A stretch of 64,000 nucleotides of DNA from Candidatus Hydrogenedentota bacterium (GTDB lineage Bacteria > Hydrogenedentota > Hydrogenedentia > Hydrogenedentales > SLHB01): assembly GCA_963745075.1 (NCBI GenBank), contig CAVUWV010000001.1, positions 32,001 through 96,000 of the forward strand, in the 5' to 3' direction. The first letter of the stretch is position 1. Every line of letters starts with the position of its first letter. Shown here one piece after another: positions 9,510 to 20,185 of this stretch. The translations under genes and the position numbers were made by a program. The notes beneath the pieces were generated by a model that saw nothing but the letters and a program-made list of their open reading frames with translations, did no database searches and was not told the DNA's origin.

Positions 9510-9690
9510 TTCTATTCTCCTTGGAGAACGAGATCTCCGATTTCCGTGTATGTCACCCAGGGTTACTTCCACTCGACGGCGACGGGTTGAGTACGCGAGG
9601 TCGGCAAGTCCTGAAGGCGGACGACGTAGTTCGACTGAATCGGTTTCCGTCGCTTCTTCAACGCGGCCTGTCCACCCCATCAAGTTGCAT

Positions 9691-9912
9691 TTAGTGCTTT
9701 ATGAGCGGAAAGACCAATAATCCGGTGCCGATGACTATGGCGCCTGCGCCGGCCCAGATGGGAATGTTGACCGTCTCCTTCTCCGTGATGGTCAGCTCGA
9801 TCGGTCCCAACTTGGCGCCTTGCGACTCCTTGTTGTAGCTGAAGCCGCCGTACACCAGCCCCAGGATGCCGGCCACGATCAGCACAAGCGCCACTATCAT
9901 GTATGTCTTCAT
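9691..9912 (-). CDS. Small membrane protein (DUF3185-like)
   Basis: LIVAGILGLVYGGFSY...KLGPIELT...NIPIWAGAGAIVIG. Confidence 0.75.
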   Translation of the reverse strand: MKTYMIVALVLIVAGILGLVYGGFSYNKESQGAKLGPIELTITEKETVNIPIWAGAGAIVIGTGLLVFPLIKH

Positions 9913-10047
9913 TTTGTCTGCTCCTGTTGAGGAATCAGCGAATTTCAGTTACGGGCGGCGCTGGGATGGCCAGATTGGACAACCGGTTCTCCGGCAAGCG
10001 AGACCATTTCACCCCGCGCTACACCGCAATTTCGCGCGCTACGGTCG

Positions 10048-10197
10048 TTACACGACGCTTCGGCCTCGAATCACGCTAAGAAGTATTGCGATGACCGCGA
10101 TGACTAAGAGTACGTGAATCAATCCGCCCATCGTGTACGACGTGAGCAGGCCGAGTAGCCACAAGACGACCAGGACAACTATCAGTGTGTAAAGCAT
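10048..10197 (-). CDS. lmo0937-family (DUF5670) small membrane protein
   Basis: MLYTLIVVLVVLWLLGLLTSYTMGGLIHVLLVIAVIAILLSVIRGR. Confidence 0.9.
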   Translation of the reverse strand: MLYTLIVVLVVLWLLGLLTSYTMGGLIHVLLVIAVIAILLSVIRGRSVV

Positions 10198-10332
10198 TGT
10201 TTCTTCTCCTGTACGTGATTTCGTTTCTTCCGGAGCAGCAATTCCGCTCACGGATCTACGCTCAGCGGAGCGGTTCTTCCGGAAGTGAAAGGACAGCCCG
10301 TTCATTTCTATTGGGTGTTTCCACCGGTGTTT

Positions 10333-10740
10333 CTATCCGTTCGAATCTGCGCAAAACAGCGCGGAAATCGTGTGGCTTGATGTGACGTGGTCGAATGTGT
10401 AGCGCTCCACGGGCCCGACGGATCTTCCGTCAACGAACACATCCAACACACGGTTGCCGTTGTTTGGTTCGATGAGAAATGTCTGACTCGACCCGTGAGG
10501 CACGTTGGTGCCACCCGATGGACTAAGCAAACCGCCCGAATCTGACACCGCCATAATCGTGTTTTGCCGTTGATGTTGGTTTTGCTGCCCGTTCTCGCCA
10601 TTGTCGGCCGCGTTCTCAACGGCTCTTCCGCCGAGCTGGGCATCCATTCCAACGCCTCTGAACGTATTACATCCGGGCGCACCGAAGCCTGCTATTGCGC
10701 ACACCGCCAGCGCCATGACCACTCCGTTAAAGGTCTTCAT
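10333..10740 (-). CDS. Entericidin-like lipoprotein fused to an InlB B-repeat-like domain
   Basis: GCNTFRGVGMDAQLGGRAVENAA, then TIMAVSDSGGLLSPSG...VLDVFVDGRSVG...YTFDHVTSSHTISALF. Confidence 0.75.
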   Translation of the reverse strand: MKTFNGVVMALAVCAIAGFGAPGCNTFRGVGMDAQLGGRAVENAADNGENGQQNQHQRQNTIMAVSDSGGLLSPSGGTNVPHGSSQTFLIEPNNGNRVLDVFVDGRSVGPVERYTFDHVTSSHTISALFCADSNG

Positions 10741-10873
10741 ATCGACGTTCCTTGCATGAATCCCATGCGTCGCTCTCTTAGGAGCTAACTTTCTGGATGC
10801 AGGGGCATGCATTGCTCATCCGACGATGCACTGATGTCCAATCGATATCGGGTTGATGAGCAACCGAGCCCCA

Positions 10874-12809
10874 TCACTTGTTCCCTTTCTTGTTCTTCTT
10901 GTCTTCTGTGCCGCGCGCGTGTTCGGGTTTGTCTTCTCGGTTCTTGGTGTTATTCCGAGACGGTTGTACTTCGGGTTTCTGGCTCTGCGCAGTCGGCTCC
11001 GCTGTCGGCACGTCGGGCTCGGATACTTCGCGTTTGGCTTCTTCAGTTCTTGATGTACTCTGAACATGTTGAGACTTCGGCGGCAGGGCTTCCGATCTAT
11101 TCGTCTCCTTGCGTGGCTTTGGTGTCTCAACTACCCGCGAAGTCCGGGACCTGGAATCGGTTTCGGCCCTAGTCTTTACCGGGGTACTTTCCAGTTTCGT
11201 TGGCTCTGCTTTCGGCGCCTGGGTCTGTGGTGTCGATTCCCGTCTTGTTGCCTCTGGCTTGGGCTCGGCTCGTTGTGGTTTCTCGTTCGCCGGCGCTGGC
11301 TTTGCGTCCGTCCTACCGGGGTAAGTCTGTACGTTTCGCTTCACTTTTTCCGGCTTCTTCTCGGACGCGCGGGTCTCTGCTTTCGCCGCAGTCTTCTGCG
11401 CCTTCACGCGCGGATCTTTGCCTTCTACTGATCGCGGTTTCGGCGCGACTGGCAAGGGTGGTGGAATCTTTGCGCCTTCCACGTTTTCTGTCGGTCTCGC
11501 CGCGACGGGAGACGCTGGGAAGTGCATTTTGACCGGCTGCGCGGTTTTGCGGTCCCCTGTCGATTTTCCGGCAGCCCTCGGCGGCGACTCCTTTATTGCG
11601 CGTTCGAATTGGAGATTACGGACCTCTCGTCCCCGCGTTTCGATGCGCTTGCGCTCGTCCATGTTTACCGGCGTGAAGCGCAGAGGCTGCGTCTTGCTTT
11701 GTACCGCCTCGGTGAGACTTCTGCCGACGATCAGGTTCTCTGGAACGCCCGCTTTCCGCGTGTTGATGAAGTTCACCTGAAGGGCCAGTGTCTGGGGTGG
11801 ACGTGCGTCCACATGGTCTCGGCGATACCGGTACTGTTCGCCCATGTGATTGTCCCAGTCCGGGTCGTGCCGCAATTGCGTGGAACGATACTGCGCGTAC
11901 ATGGGATCGTCGCCATATCGCCTGGCCTGCTGCGAGTGCCACGGATAGATGCCCCGTTGCTCGTAGCGCGCGTCATAGTAGTCGCCGTAGTAATAGTGAT
12001 TCGATTGCGGCTGCACGAAAAGAGCTCGCAGCAATCGCAACGAGGTCTATCAAGATGTTGGGTGAGTATGAGTAGTTGGGACGCGAGTAGACTGGCTGCT
12101 CGTAGTAGACCGGCGCGAACATCACGCCGCGATGGACAATATCGTGGTCCCAGTATCCAGGCACATAAACGTAACCTTGTGGCGTCCACGTATAACGTGC
12201 GGGAGACCATACCCAGTCGGGCTGTTGCACCACCCAATATCCGGGTTGCCAGTCATAGCGGGATTGTTGCCAGACCCAGCACCCCGACGACCAGACGCCG
12301 TCAGGTCCCGGCGCGGGAGAACTGGGACCGGCTTCAAGCGATCTCGGCGGGCGTGGCAGGTAGTTTACTTCGTTTTGAGCCACGTCTCCCCAGAACCCCG
12401 AGATCCATTGCGAGCCGCCCGTTACAGGCGCCCAGTATCCGGGAACCCACTGGCGTCCCGGCGGGAGATCACGCCAGACCCCACTCAGCCAGATGAAATC
12501 GCTCCGATCGTCATCCCAACTCCAGTAGCCGGGAATCCACGCGACATCGTTGCCTTCAGGCCGCTGATCGGGAGGCAACTCGATAATGGGGTCATACGGG
12601 GTCCTTGGTACTACTACCCCAGCCGTGGCACCGGTCATAGACGCCTCCGCGAAGGCCTCGTGAATAGGCCCGCGCGTCAGCACCTGCACGCCGGCCTCGG
12701 TTGTGCCCTGGCCTTGGGCGGCCGTAGCCGCTCCCAGCACCACGAGAGGTAGGACCCATATCCAAACTATGGGTGCAATTACCGCCCGCTTAATACAGTC
12801 TATTCTCAT
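10874..12809 (-). pseudogene. YXWGXW/WXXGXW-repeat protein split by a frameshift near 12025
   Basis: WIPGYW, WVPGYW, WQPGYW repeats in 11973..12848 continue as LFVQPQSNHYYYGDYY in 10874..12040. Confidence 0.8.
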
Positions 12810-12872
12810 GATCCGTTCTCCTGACGATTTCCTGTCGGTTTGGTGCAAATTGTGAAAGCAAGAAGAGCAACG

Positions 12873-13019
12873 TTACTTCTGGGCGCCCTCGGCCGCGTTT
12901 TCAATGCTCTTGCCGCCTTCTTGAATGTCTTTTCCCGCACCCCGGAAGGTGTTGCATCCGAGCGCACCGGCGCTCATGAGCGTGCCAACCACCAATGCAA
13001 TAATTAGTCTCTTAAACAC
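12873..13019 (-). CDS. Entericidin EcnA/B family lipoprotein (not in ORF track)
   Basis: GTG start; FKRLIIALVVGTLMSAGALGCNTFRGAGKDIQEGGKSIENAAEGAQK. Confidence 0.88.
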   Translation of the reverse strand: MFKRLIIALVVGTLMSAGALGCNTFRGAGKDIQEGGKSIENAAEGAQK

Positions 13020-13129
13020 GATCGTTTCCCTCTCATTGTGAGCCTTAGGGCCTTAAGGTCTGTTTGTGGTCCGGCGTCCGGCCTCCAACGCGGCCATGAC
13101 CCAGTCGTCGCTTTCTTCTGGCCTTTGGT

Positions 13130-13582
13130 TTAGACGGACGTTCGGTTATGTGTCATCCAGTACTGACCGATGGTTTCCACAACGGTCTGAAAGTCAGAAA
13201 AACTCAGCGGCTTTATGATGTAGCTGTTTGCTCCGCAACGATAGCTCTCTTTGATGTCGCCGGCGGATTGCGAATCCGTGAATACGACCACAGGCGTGAC
13301 CGTAAGGGCGTCTTCCCGCTCGATGGACCGTATTTGGCCGAGTACCGAGAACCCGTCCGATTCCGGCAGCGCCAGGTCCAGCAGGATCAGTCTGGGAGGA
13401 TCTTCCCCGGCACGATCTGCCCATGCGCCGCGACTAAAGAGAAAGTCGAGCGCCTCTGGCCCGTCCCGAACGGACGTGACGACCACATCGGGTATGGACT
13501 CTTGCAGCGTAAGTACGATGGATGCCCGTTGGCTCTCATTATCTTCCACGACCAGGATGTCTACTGGATCACGATTCTTCAC
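13130..13582 (-). CDS. Single-domain response regulator, Rcp1-like
   Basis: ILVVEDN, LILLDLALP, PVVVFT, SYRCGANSYIIKP. Confidence 0.92.
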   Translation of the reverse strand: MKNRDPVDILVVEDNESQRASIVLTLQESIPDVVVTSVRDGPEALDFLFSRGAWADRAGEDPPRLILLDLALPESDGFSVLGQIRSIEREDALTVTPVVVFTDSQSAGDIKESYRCGANSYIIKPLSFSDFQTVVETIGQYWMTHNRTSV

Positions 13583-13643
13583 GGTGGTAACCCCACTCGC
13601 GCAGGTGCGCTATTGGCAGCATTCTTGTATGTCTTCGTACTAA

Positions 13644-13697
13644 AGGGTACCTGTCCGTGATGAACTTCTGGCAAACCTGCGGCAAAGGTTTGGTAAT
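13644..13697 (-). promoter_or_regulatory. 11-bp-phased box (instance 4), upstream of the Rcp1-like receiver
   Basis: On +: gatgaa 13659, ggcaaa 13670, ggcaaa 13681, ggtaat 13692; TACCCT in the -10 position. Confidence 0.6.
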
Positions 13698-13895
13698 CAA
13701 CTTACGGTGTGAGAGGTTCTTCCGCCACAGACGCCGAAGGCCATTTCCGGCGCCACGGTGAGCGCTCAGAGCGACTTGGTACCGGCGGCACACGGGTGCC
13801 CCAGCCAATGGCACTCGCGACGGGCACGCACGCCTGTACTCGAGCTAAAAGCGCGCTTTTTCAACGTAAGTTGCAGGGTTCGTGTGAAGACCGTA

Positions 13896-13949
13896 TTTAC
13901 CGAAACTTTACACAGTTTTTGCCTACGCTTTGCTCGGGGACGGTAATGT
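13896..13949 (+). promoter_or_regulatory. 11-bp-phased box (instance 5); no convincing downstream gene
   Basis: tttacc 13896, tttaca 13907, tttgcc 13918, tttgct 13929; TAATGT in the -10 position. Confidence 0.65.
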
Positions 13950-14633
13950 ACATGTATTGCACGAGGCGCTGTGGATGAGAATTCTCAGTCTTCAATCTTT
14001 TCGTGAAGGTGCGTGATCATGTGGTGGCTTGGCGTTGGTGCTCGTTACCACTCGTTTCCTCGGGGCGCGGCCGCCGCGGTTTTGAGAGCGGCGCGGCAAC
14101 CAACTCGACTGGAGTTTTGACACGCGTGAAAGCCGAAGAAGACGCCGATTACAGAAGGATTACACAAAACTACACTTCTCCAGTTCAGACCCCATAGCTC
14201 CCGCGCGACCTAACTCACACCCCGCAATCGCGCCGGAGCCCATTTTTATGGCGCAATGAAGAATTCGTACGACGTGCGACTTTATGGCGTGGTCCGCCTG
14301 TCCGGACGGCCAGTGACGGGGTATTTACGGGTTGCGGACGTAGAGCGCGTAACGGTGGCCCGAGAACCATCGCGAGACGTGCTCGGTGGCCACGAGGCGA
14401 AGACCGTGGGTGCGCATGCCAGCCGATAACTCGCCTATGGTCTGCGCAGGCAGATAATGTTTACCGCGCAACGGGCGCACCCACCGGCGCCAGAGGGTCC
14501 CCGGAACCCAGCCATCGTGAAAGGGGAGGATCACCCACCGGCGGACCAGTCGGCCGAGGTCTTGTCAGTACTCCTCGAGCACGCGAGCGTCATGGAAACG
14601 TTTTGATCCGTCAGAGAAAACGTTCTCGTTTCC

Positions 14634-14673
14634 CTCATAACCCAAAGGTCGCAGGTTCGAATCCTGCCCCCGC
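14634..14673 (+). mobile_element. att-like site: 3' half of tRNA-Met(CAT), copy 1
   Basis: CTCATAACCCAAAGGTCGCAGGTTCGAATCCTGCCCCCGC; no D-arm or 5' acceptor strand upstream. Confidence 0.85.
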
Positions 14674-14702
14674 CAGGTTGCTCTTTGGCCACAATCTTGC
14701 CT

Positions 14703-15584
14703 TCAGAGCTGTCTGCGGATCGATTTCAATTCCCGCCGACGTTTAGCGGTCGTCTTGGGATATGCCATTTTAAGTTCATTGAGCGCATCAAGGACAATCT
14801 GGGAAATGATTAACCGGGCATTCTCCTTATCATCGGCAGGAACGACGTACCAGGGCGCGTGATGGGTGCTCGTCGCGCTGAGGCAGGCCTCGTAAGCTCT
14901 CATGTAGTCCCCCCAGTAGCTCCTCTCGTGAATGTCGGAGAGACTGAATTTCCAGTTCTTGTCCGGCTCATCAATGCGATCGAGGAAGCGCTTTCGCTGT
15001 TCGTCCTTCGACAGGTGGAGAAAGACCTTGATGGTCCGGGTACCATTACGGTGGAGATGCTCTTCGAGGTCGACAATGGAGCGATACCGCTCCTCCCAGA
15101 TGGTCTTCTCGTCGAGCAACTCATCCGGAAGCCCTTGGCCGCGCAGAATCTCCGGATGCACGCGGACGACGAGCACCTCTTCGTAGTAGGAACGATTGAA
15201 GATGCCGATCCTCCCGCGCTCCGGCAGATGACGGGTCGCGCGCCAGAGGAAATCATGTTGGAGTTCCTCGGCGCTCGGCTGTTTGAAACTGAAAGCCTGG
15301 CAACCCTGCGGATTAACCCCGGACATGACGTGCCGGATGGCGCCGTCCTTGCCGGCGGCGTCCATGCCCTGAAAGATCAGCAGCAATGCATAGCGGTTGG
15401 ACGCGTAATGCAGGCGTTGAAGTGAACTCAACTCTTCAACGTGTTCCCCCAAGAGTTGCTTATACCGCTTCTTCGACTTGCAGAAGGGCTTCACAATCGT
15501 CGGCCACTCTTCGAGATTGACCTCTTTTCCGGGCTGAACGCGGAAATCCTTTGACTTGATCTTCATCTTCATCCTTTCGGCCAT
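14703..15584 (-). CDS. ppk2: Polyphosphate kinase 2 (probably class III)
   Basis: [38 protein letters not shown]. Confidence 0.95.
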   Translation of the reverse strand: MAERMKMKIKSKDFRVQPGKEVNLEEWPTIVKPFCKSKKRYKQLLGEHVEELSSLQRLHYASNRYALLLIFQGMDAAGKDGAIRHVMSGVNPQGCQAFSFKQPSAEELQHDFLWRATRHLPERGRIGIFNRSYYEEVLVVRVHPEILRGQGLPDELLDEKTIWEERYRSIVDLEEHLHRNGTRTIKVFLHLSKDEQRKRFLDRIDEPDKNWKFSLSDIHERSYWGDYMRAYEACLSATSTHHAPWYVVPADDKENARLIISQIVLDALNELKMAYPKTTAKRRRELKSIRRQL

Positions 15585-15608
15585 GTCAGCCGCGTTGTGC
15601 GGGTCTGT

Positions 15609-18224
15609 CTATTCGTGAAGTTTGGGCTCGGCTTTGGCTTCATCTTTCCGAATCTCGCGCTCCGCCTTCTCCCAGTCCTGAGCGGCTCCACCGTCCTGAC
15701 GGCCTCGCTGCTCGTATAATTCATATGCCCGTGTGGCGATCTGCGGCGTCTGATCGACAGGTTTCTTGGCCAATAGGGGCTCGGCAATGGGATCGAACAC
15801 CCGATACGCGAGAAGTTTTGCGCGGTCGCTCACGAGGAACCACACGAGTGCATAACCCCAGACGAACAGTGCCCAGCCCCAGCCGAGGGGAGTCATGAAT
15901 AGCCCGTAAACTGCGATCAACGTCGCCACGATCTGCGTGCCCAGGACGGCCGCCCATAAAACCCGCGCAGGACGGATGGACCAGAACGGGCCGCGTGTGC
16001 GGGTCAAGAAGATCGTTAGATGTCCGGCCACGGACAGCATCAGGTACATCAGTGTTTGAAGATGCGGACGGTCGAGGTGATAGACACGCTCGCCGAGGTA
16101 AAACAGCCCAAAGGCAGCCAAGGGTCCGATGACGCCCAGCACCGTGGCGATACCCAGCACCATCCGCATGTTCCATGACTCGGGCTTGTCCTTGTAATGA
16201 ACGTTGTCATATGCAATGGACAAGATCGCCCCGTCGTTGAGCAACGCCAGCATCACGATCATCACCGCCGTCAAGGGGTAGAAATTGAAGATCAGGATCG
16301 CCAGCGTCATGAACAACAACACGCGCAGTGTCTCGGCGATGCGGTAAATGGCGTAGCTGTTCATCCGCTGGAAGATTTTCCGGCTCTCCTTGATGGCGTC
16401 GATGATCACCGAAAGGCCGGACGTCATCAGCACGATGGACGCCGCCGCCCGTGCCGCGTCTGTCGCGCCCGAGACGGCAATGCCGCAGTCCGCCTTCTTC
16501 AACGCGGGAGCGTCATTCACCCCGTCGCCTGTCATCCCGACAATGTGCCCGCGCTGCTGCAAAACGTCCACGATGTGAAACTTGTGTTCCGGGAACACCT
16601 GCGCGAAACCGTCTGCGTCATCGATCGACTGCGCCAACTGCGCCGTCTCATGGTGCTTGGTGTCGCCGAAGCCGCTGGCATCGAGTATGTGCGTGCCCAA
16701 CCCCAATTTTCCGGCGGTTTCCCTGGCAATAGCCAGCGCATCGCCCGTTACCATCTTCACCTTTATCCCCATCTGTCGTGCGGTCGCAATGGTCGCTTTG
16801 GCTTCTTCCCGAGGCGGGTCGAACAAGGGCAACACACCGACGAACTCCCATGGGCCGTTTCCATCGGCGCGCGCCACGCCCAGTGAGCGGAAACCGCGCG
16901 CTGCAAATTCGTTGACCGCCTTCTCGACCGCGGGCTTGACCTGCCCGGCATTGGCCGATAATTCCAGTATCACCTGCGGCGCACCCTTGGTCGCTTTAGA
17001 TTCCTTCCCATCCGCGCCCTTGACCGTAGCTTCGGTTCGCTTATGCACCGGGTCGAACGGCTGGAAATGGACTACCTGGTAGCCCTTCAGAGTCTGCTCA
17101 TCTTTCAGGCCGCTCAACACGGCCAGATCGATGGTGTCCATATTGTCTGCACGCGACGCCAGCGCAGCATTAAGGATCACTTGATCGGCGGGGATGTTGT
17201 TGACGCTGAACGGATCGCCGAGCGTCAGCTTGTTCTGGGTCAGGGTGCCGGTCTTGTCCGAGCACAACACGTCCACGCCCGCCAGTTCCTCGATGGCGGC
17301 CAACCGGGTCACGATCGCCTCCTTCTTGGCCAACAGGCGCGCGCCGACGGCCATCGTCACCGACAACACCGTGGGCATCGCCACGGGAATCGCGGCCACG
17401 GTCAACACCAGGGCGAATTGCAGCGTGGTGAGGATAGGGTCGCCGCGAAAGAGTGCGACGATGATAATCACCGTCACCAGTGTTGCCGCGAGCAGGATAA
17501 GGTAATTGCCGATCTTCAACACCGCGCGTTGAAAATGGCTGGCTGTCTGCGCCCCTTGCACGAGTTCCGCCGTCTTGCCGAAATAGGTGTTCTGGCCTGT
17601 GGCGTACACGAGCGCATCGATTTCGCCAGTACGGATGATCGATCCCGAGAACACCGCGTCACCGGATTTGTGCGCAATTGGTAACGACTCGCCTGTCAGC
17701 GCGGACTGGTCCACCTCTATCGGGTCCCCTTCCAGCAAACGCGCATCCGCCGGCACGATGTCACCCAGGCGCAGATGGATGACGTCGCCCGGAACCAGTT
17801 CACACGCCGCCGGGTTGACCCACTTTCCATCGCGCTTCACCTGGGCCTTGATCGCCAGCTTGGCTTTCAGCGCCGCAATAGCGTTGCCCGCCTGATGCTC
17901 CTCCCAGAATCCGACCACGGCATTGGCCAATAGCAGCAGGAGGATGATAGAAAAATCCGGCCAATGTTGAGCTGCCGCCGAAAGGATCACGGCCGCTTCG
18001 ATCATCCATGGGATGGGACCCCAGAAATAGGTGAGGAACTTCAGGAACGGATTGGTCTTCTTTTCCTCAAGCTCGTTCGGTCCGTAGTGAGCCAACCGCT
18101 TCTGCGCCTCGGCTTGACTCAGGCCGTCCGGCGAAAACCCTAATTTCTTTTCCACTTCCGCCAGAGGAAGGGACTTCAAGTCATCTTTCGCATCGGGCGT
18201 TGATTTGGGATCATTGGATTTCAT
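15609..18224 (-). CDS. Plasma-membrane proton-efflux P-type ATPase (type IIIA) with C-terminal DUF2934-like tail
   Basis: FWGPIPWMIE, TGES, IPVAMP, CSDKTGTLT, KGAP, MTGDGVNDAPALK; tail IATRAYELYEQRGRQDG..QDWEKAE. Confidence 0.93.
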   Translation of the reverse strand: MKSNDPKSTPDAKDDLKSLPLAEVEKKLGFSPDGLSQAEAQKRLAHYGPNELEEKKTNPFLKFLTYFWGPIPWMIEAAVILSAAAQHWPDFSIILLLLLANAVVGFWEEHQAGNAIAALKAKLAIKAQVKRDGKWVNPAACELVPGDVIHLRLGDIVPADARLLEGDPIEVDQSALTGESLPIAHKSGDAVFSGSIIRTGEIDALVYATGQNTYFGKTAELVQGAQTASHFQRAVLKIGNYLILLAATLVTVIIIVALFRGDPILTTLQFALVLTVAAIPVAMPTVLSVTMAVGARLLAKKEAIVTRLAAIEELAGVDVLCSDKTGTLTQNKLTLGDPFSVNNIPADQVILNAALASRADNMDTIDLAVLSGLKDEQTLKGYQVVHFQPFDPVHKRTEATVKGADGKESKATKGAPQVILELSANAGQVKPAVEKAVNEFAARGFRSLGVARADGNGPWEFVGVLPLFDPPREEAKATIATARQMGIKVKMVTGDALAIARETAGKLGLGTHILDASGFGDTKHHETAQLAQSIDDADGFAQVFPEHKFHIVDVLQQRGHIVGMTGDGVNDAPALKKADCGIAVSGATDAARAAASIVLMTSGLSVIIDAIKESRKIFQRMNSYAIYRIAETLRVLLFMTLAILIFNFYPLTAVMIVMLALLNDGAILSIAYDNVHYKDKPESWNMRMVLGIATVLGVIGPLAAFGLFYLGERVYHLDRPHLQTLMYLMLSVAGHLTIFLTRTRGPFWSIRPARVLWAAVLGTQIVATLIAVYGLFMTPLGWGWALFVWGYALVWFLVSDRAKLLAYRVFDPIAEPLLAKKPVDQTPQIATRAYELYEQRGRQDGGAAQDWEKAEREIRKDEAKAEPKLHE

Positions 18225-18242
18225 AATGGCATTCTCCTGTGC

Positions 18243-19358
18243 TTACGAAGTCTTTGCCTCCGGCGGGTGGGCGACTGCTCCCGGCGGCAAGGTAGCGGGC
18301 AGGTCAAGACGTGCCACGCCAATCCGGTCGTCCGCCATCCCATAGTAGACGTCGAAGCGATCCGGTGCTCCAAGATCATCGCGCCGGTCGATGCCGGTGG
18401 GAAAGACGACGTTAGCAATAGTCCCGCGGCGTTCTTGCGCTAGCTCCGGCGTCAGCACCGGTTCCGGCGAGCGATAGCGTATCACGCGCGGATGCTCCTT
18501 CGACAGCACCATCACTCCGGCCGAGTAACACAACTGATGTCCGTCGTTGCTCGACTCCGCCATTTCGCTCACGCCGTGATAAACAATCAGCCAGCCGTGC
18601 CGGGTTAGGGCGGGCGGAGTGCCGCCGCCGATCTTGAGCCGCTCCCAGGGTGACACCGGAGTCGCGAGACGGTGATGCGAATTGAACAGGCCGAAGTGCG
18701 GTGGTTCGACGCCATCCGAGACCGTCGGACAATAGGAAATCCAGATGCTTTCGCGATCGAGATCCACCAACCGCGTCCCAGACTGACGGACGGTTTCCTC
18801 GGGGCGAGTACCGGAGAAGAGGGGCCGGTGCAGGAGCGCCAGTTGCATTTTCCCGGCGTGATTCGGAATCGCGATGGGGAAGAGACTGGCATCCTTGTTG
18901 TCTACATGAACGAAGTCAACGCCGAGATACGGATCGAAAGTCGCGAGGCCCAGTCGCTTCCAGCGAAACAAGTCCTCCGATACCGCCAGGGCGATCCGTG
19001 GGCCTATGGACGATAGTGCCGTATACGTCATCACAAAACGCTGGAGCGGTTCCACGAATGTGATTCGAGGATCCTCGCAGCCACCGCCGCCGTCGGGCAG
19101 GCGCTCGTACTCGACTTCCGGCTCGAGTGCAATACCCAGTCGGTCGACGCCAGACGGATCGCCGGCCTCATCAAACCGTACCCTGGCAATGCCAATGCGA
19201 GAATAGTTGCCCCGTGCAACGAGCCTTGGAAACAAGTAGAGCTCACCGTCGGGACCACGAGCGGCGGCGGGATTCAGGACGCCTTCGACTTCCTGCGGAT
19301 TACCCGCCTCTGGCTCCATCACCATTCCCAGGCGCTGCAACTTAAACCGGCTCATCAC
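18243..19358 (-). CDS. GH130-like glycosidase / mannoside phosphorylase
   Basis: GVLNPAA, GCEDPRI, NKDASLFP, KIGGGTPP, NVVFPTG, YYGMAD. Confidence 0.85.
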   Translation of the reverse strand: MMSRFKLQRLGMVMEPEAGNPQEVEGVLNPAAARGPDGELYLFPRLVARGNYSRIGIARVRFDEAGDPSGVDRLGIALEPEVEYERLPDGGGGCEDPRITFVEPLQRFVMTYTALSSIGPRIALAVSEDLFRWKRLGLATFDPYLGVDFVHVDNKDASLFPIAIPNHAGKMQLALLHRPLFSGTRPEETVRQSGTRLVDLDRESIWISYCPTVSDGVEPPHFGLFNSHHRLATPVSPWERLKIGGGTPPALTRHGWLIVYHGVSEMAESSNDGHQLCYSAGVMVLSKEHPRVIRYRSPEPVLTPELAQERRGTIANVVFPTGIDRRDDLGAPDRFDVYYGMADDRIGVARLDLPATLPPGAVAHPPEAKTS

Positions 19359-19371
19359 ACCCTTCCATGAG

Positions 19372-20130
19372 TCATGCTCTCTGTTCGGCGCCTAAACAAG
19401 CGATGATTGCTTCGGTAACCCGTTTCGTCTCGCTGGGTCCTTGAACCGGGATTGAGTCCACACCCGCCTCTTCAGCCGGATAGTCATTTCCTCCCACAAA
19501 CAAGGCATCGCCTATGAAGATCATTTCCTTCAAGGAAATGCTCAAGATGTCTCGCAGCTTTCTGACTCCGTAGGCTTTGTCAATGCCGGGTTTTGTGACA
19601 TCAATGGAAGTTGCACCACCCACTCGGACGGAATACTCTGGGATTAGCGTGTCGAGGATTGCCTTGATCTTCTTCCGCTTGGCAAAGTCAGGATCCCATT
19701 TGTCTTTTTCCTCCAAGGGGGCCTGCTGGCCTAATGCGGAAAACGTTATCTGGCCTCCCCGATCCTCAATTTCCTCTCCCCAGACCTTTTCGACCTTGAA
19801 GCCCGATGTTCCGAGCGCCTTTTTTAGAGAACTGACGATCTTCTCCTTTTCAGCCGCGCTGAAATCCTCTGAATAGATCTTCTTCCAATCCCCCGCGTAT
19901 TGGTAGAACTTGGTTCCGGTGGTAGGAAGGAGAGACAGATTTGTCAGGCGACTGTCATGAGGAAGAACGGCGAGCACTTGTTTCTCAAACTGCGGCCAAT
20001 CGCCTCCGGAAATCACGGCCACTTTGACGATGCCGAGAAGGTCATGCAACAAGGCCGACATTTCAGCATCCAAAGACGATTTGCTTTCGGCGAGGGTGCC
20101 GTCCAGATCATAGACAATCAGCTTTTTCAT
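19372..20130 (-). CDS. HAD-IIB hydrolase, eukaryote-type phosphomannomutase-like
   Basis: YDLDGTLA, ISGG, IEDRGGQITFSALG, GGATSIDV, FIGDALFVGGND. Confidence 0.85.
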   Translation of the reverse strand: MKKLIVYDLDGTLAESKSSLDAEMSALLHDLLGIVKVAVISGGDWPQFEKQVLAVLPHDSRLTNLSLLPTTGTKFYQYAGDWKKIYSEDFSAAEKEKIVSSLKKALGTSGFKVEKVWGEEIEDRGGQITFSALGQQAPLEEKDKWDPDFAKRKKIKAILDTLIPEYSVRVGGATSIDVTKPGIDKAYGVRKLRDILSISLKEMIFIGDALFVGGNDYPAEEAGVDSIPVQGPSETKRVTEAIIACLGAEQRA

Positions 20131-20185
20131 TATCCTCTTGCCTATGCCTTCTGGCGATCTCGACTGGATCTTGCGGCCAAAGCCG

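Noticed and set aside
14325..14534. Possible methyltransferase C-terminal fragment
   Set aside because: Only vague resemblance; no SAM-binding motif or credible start.
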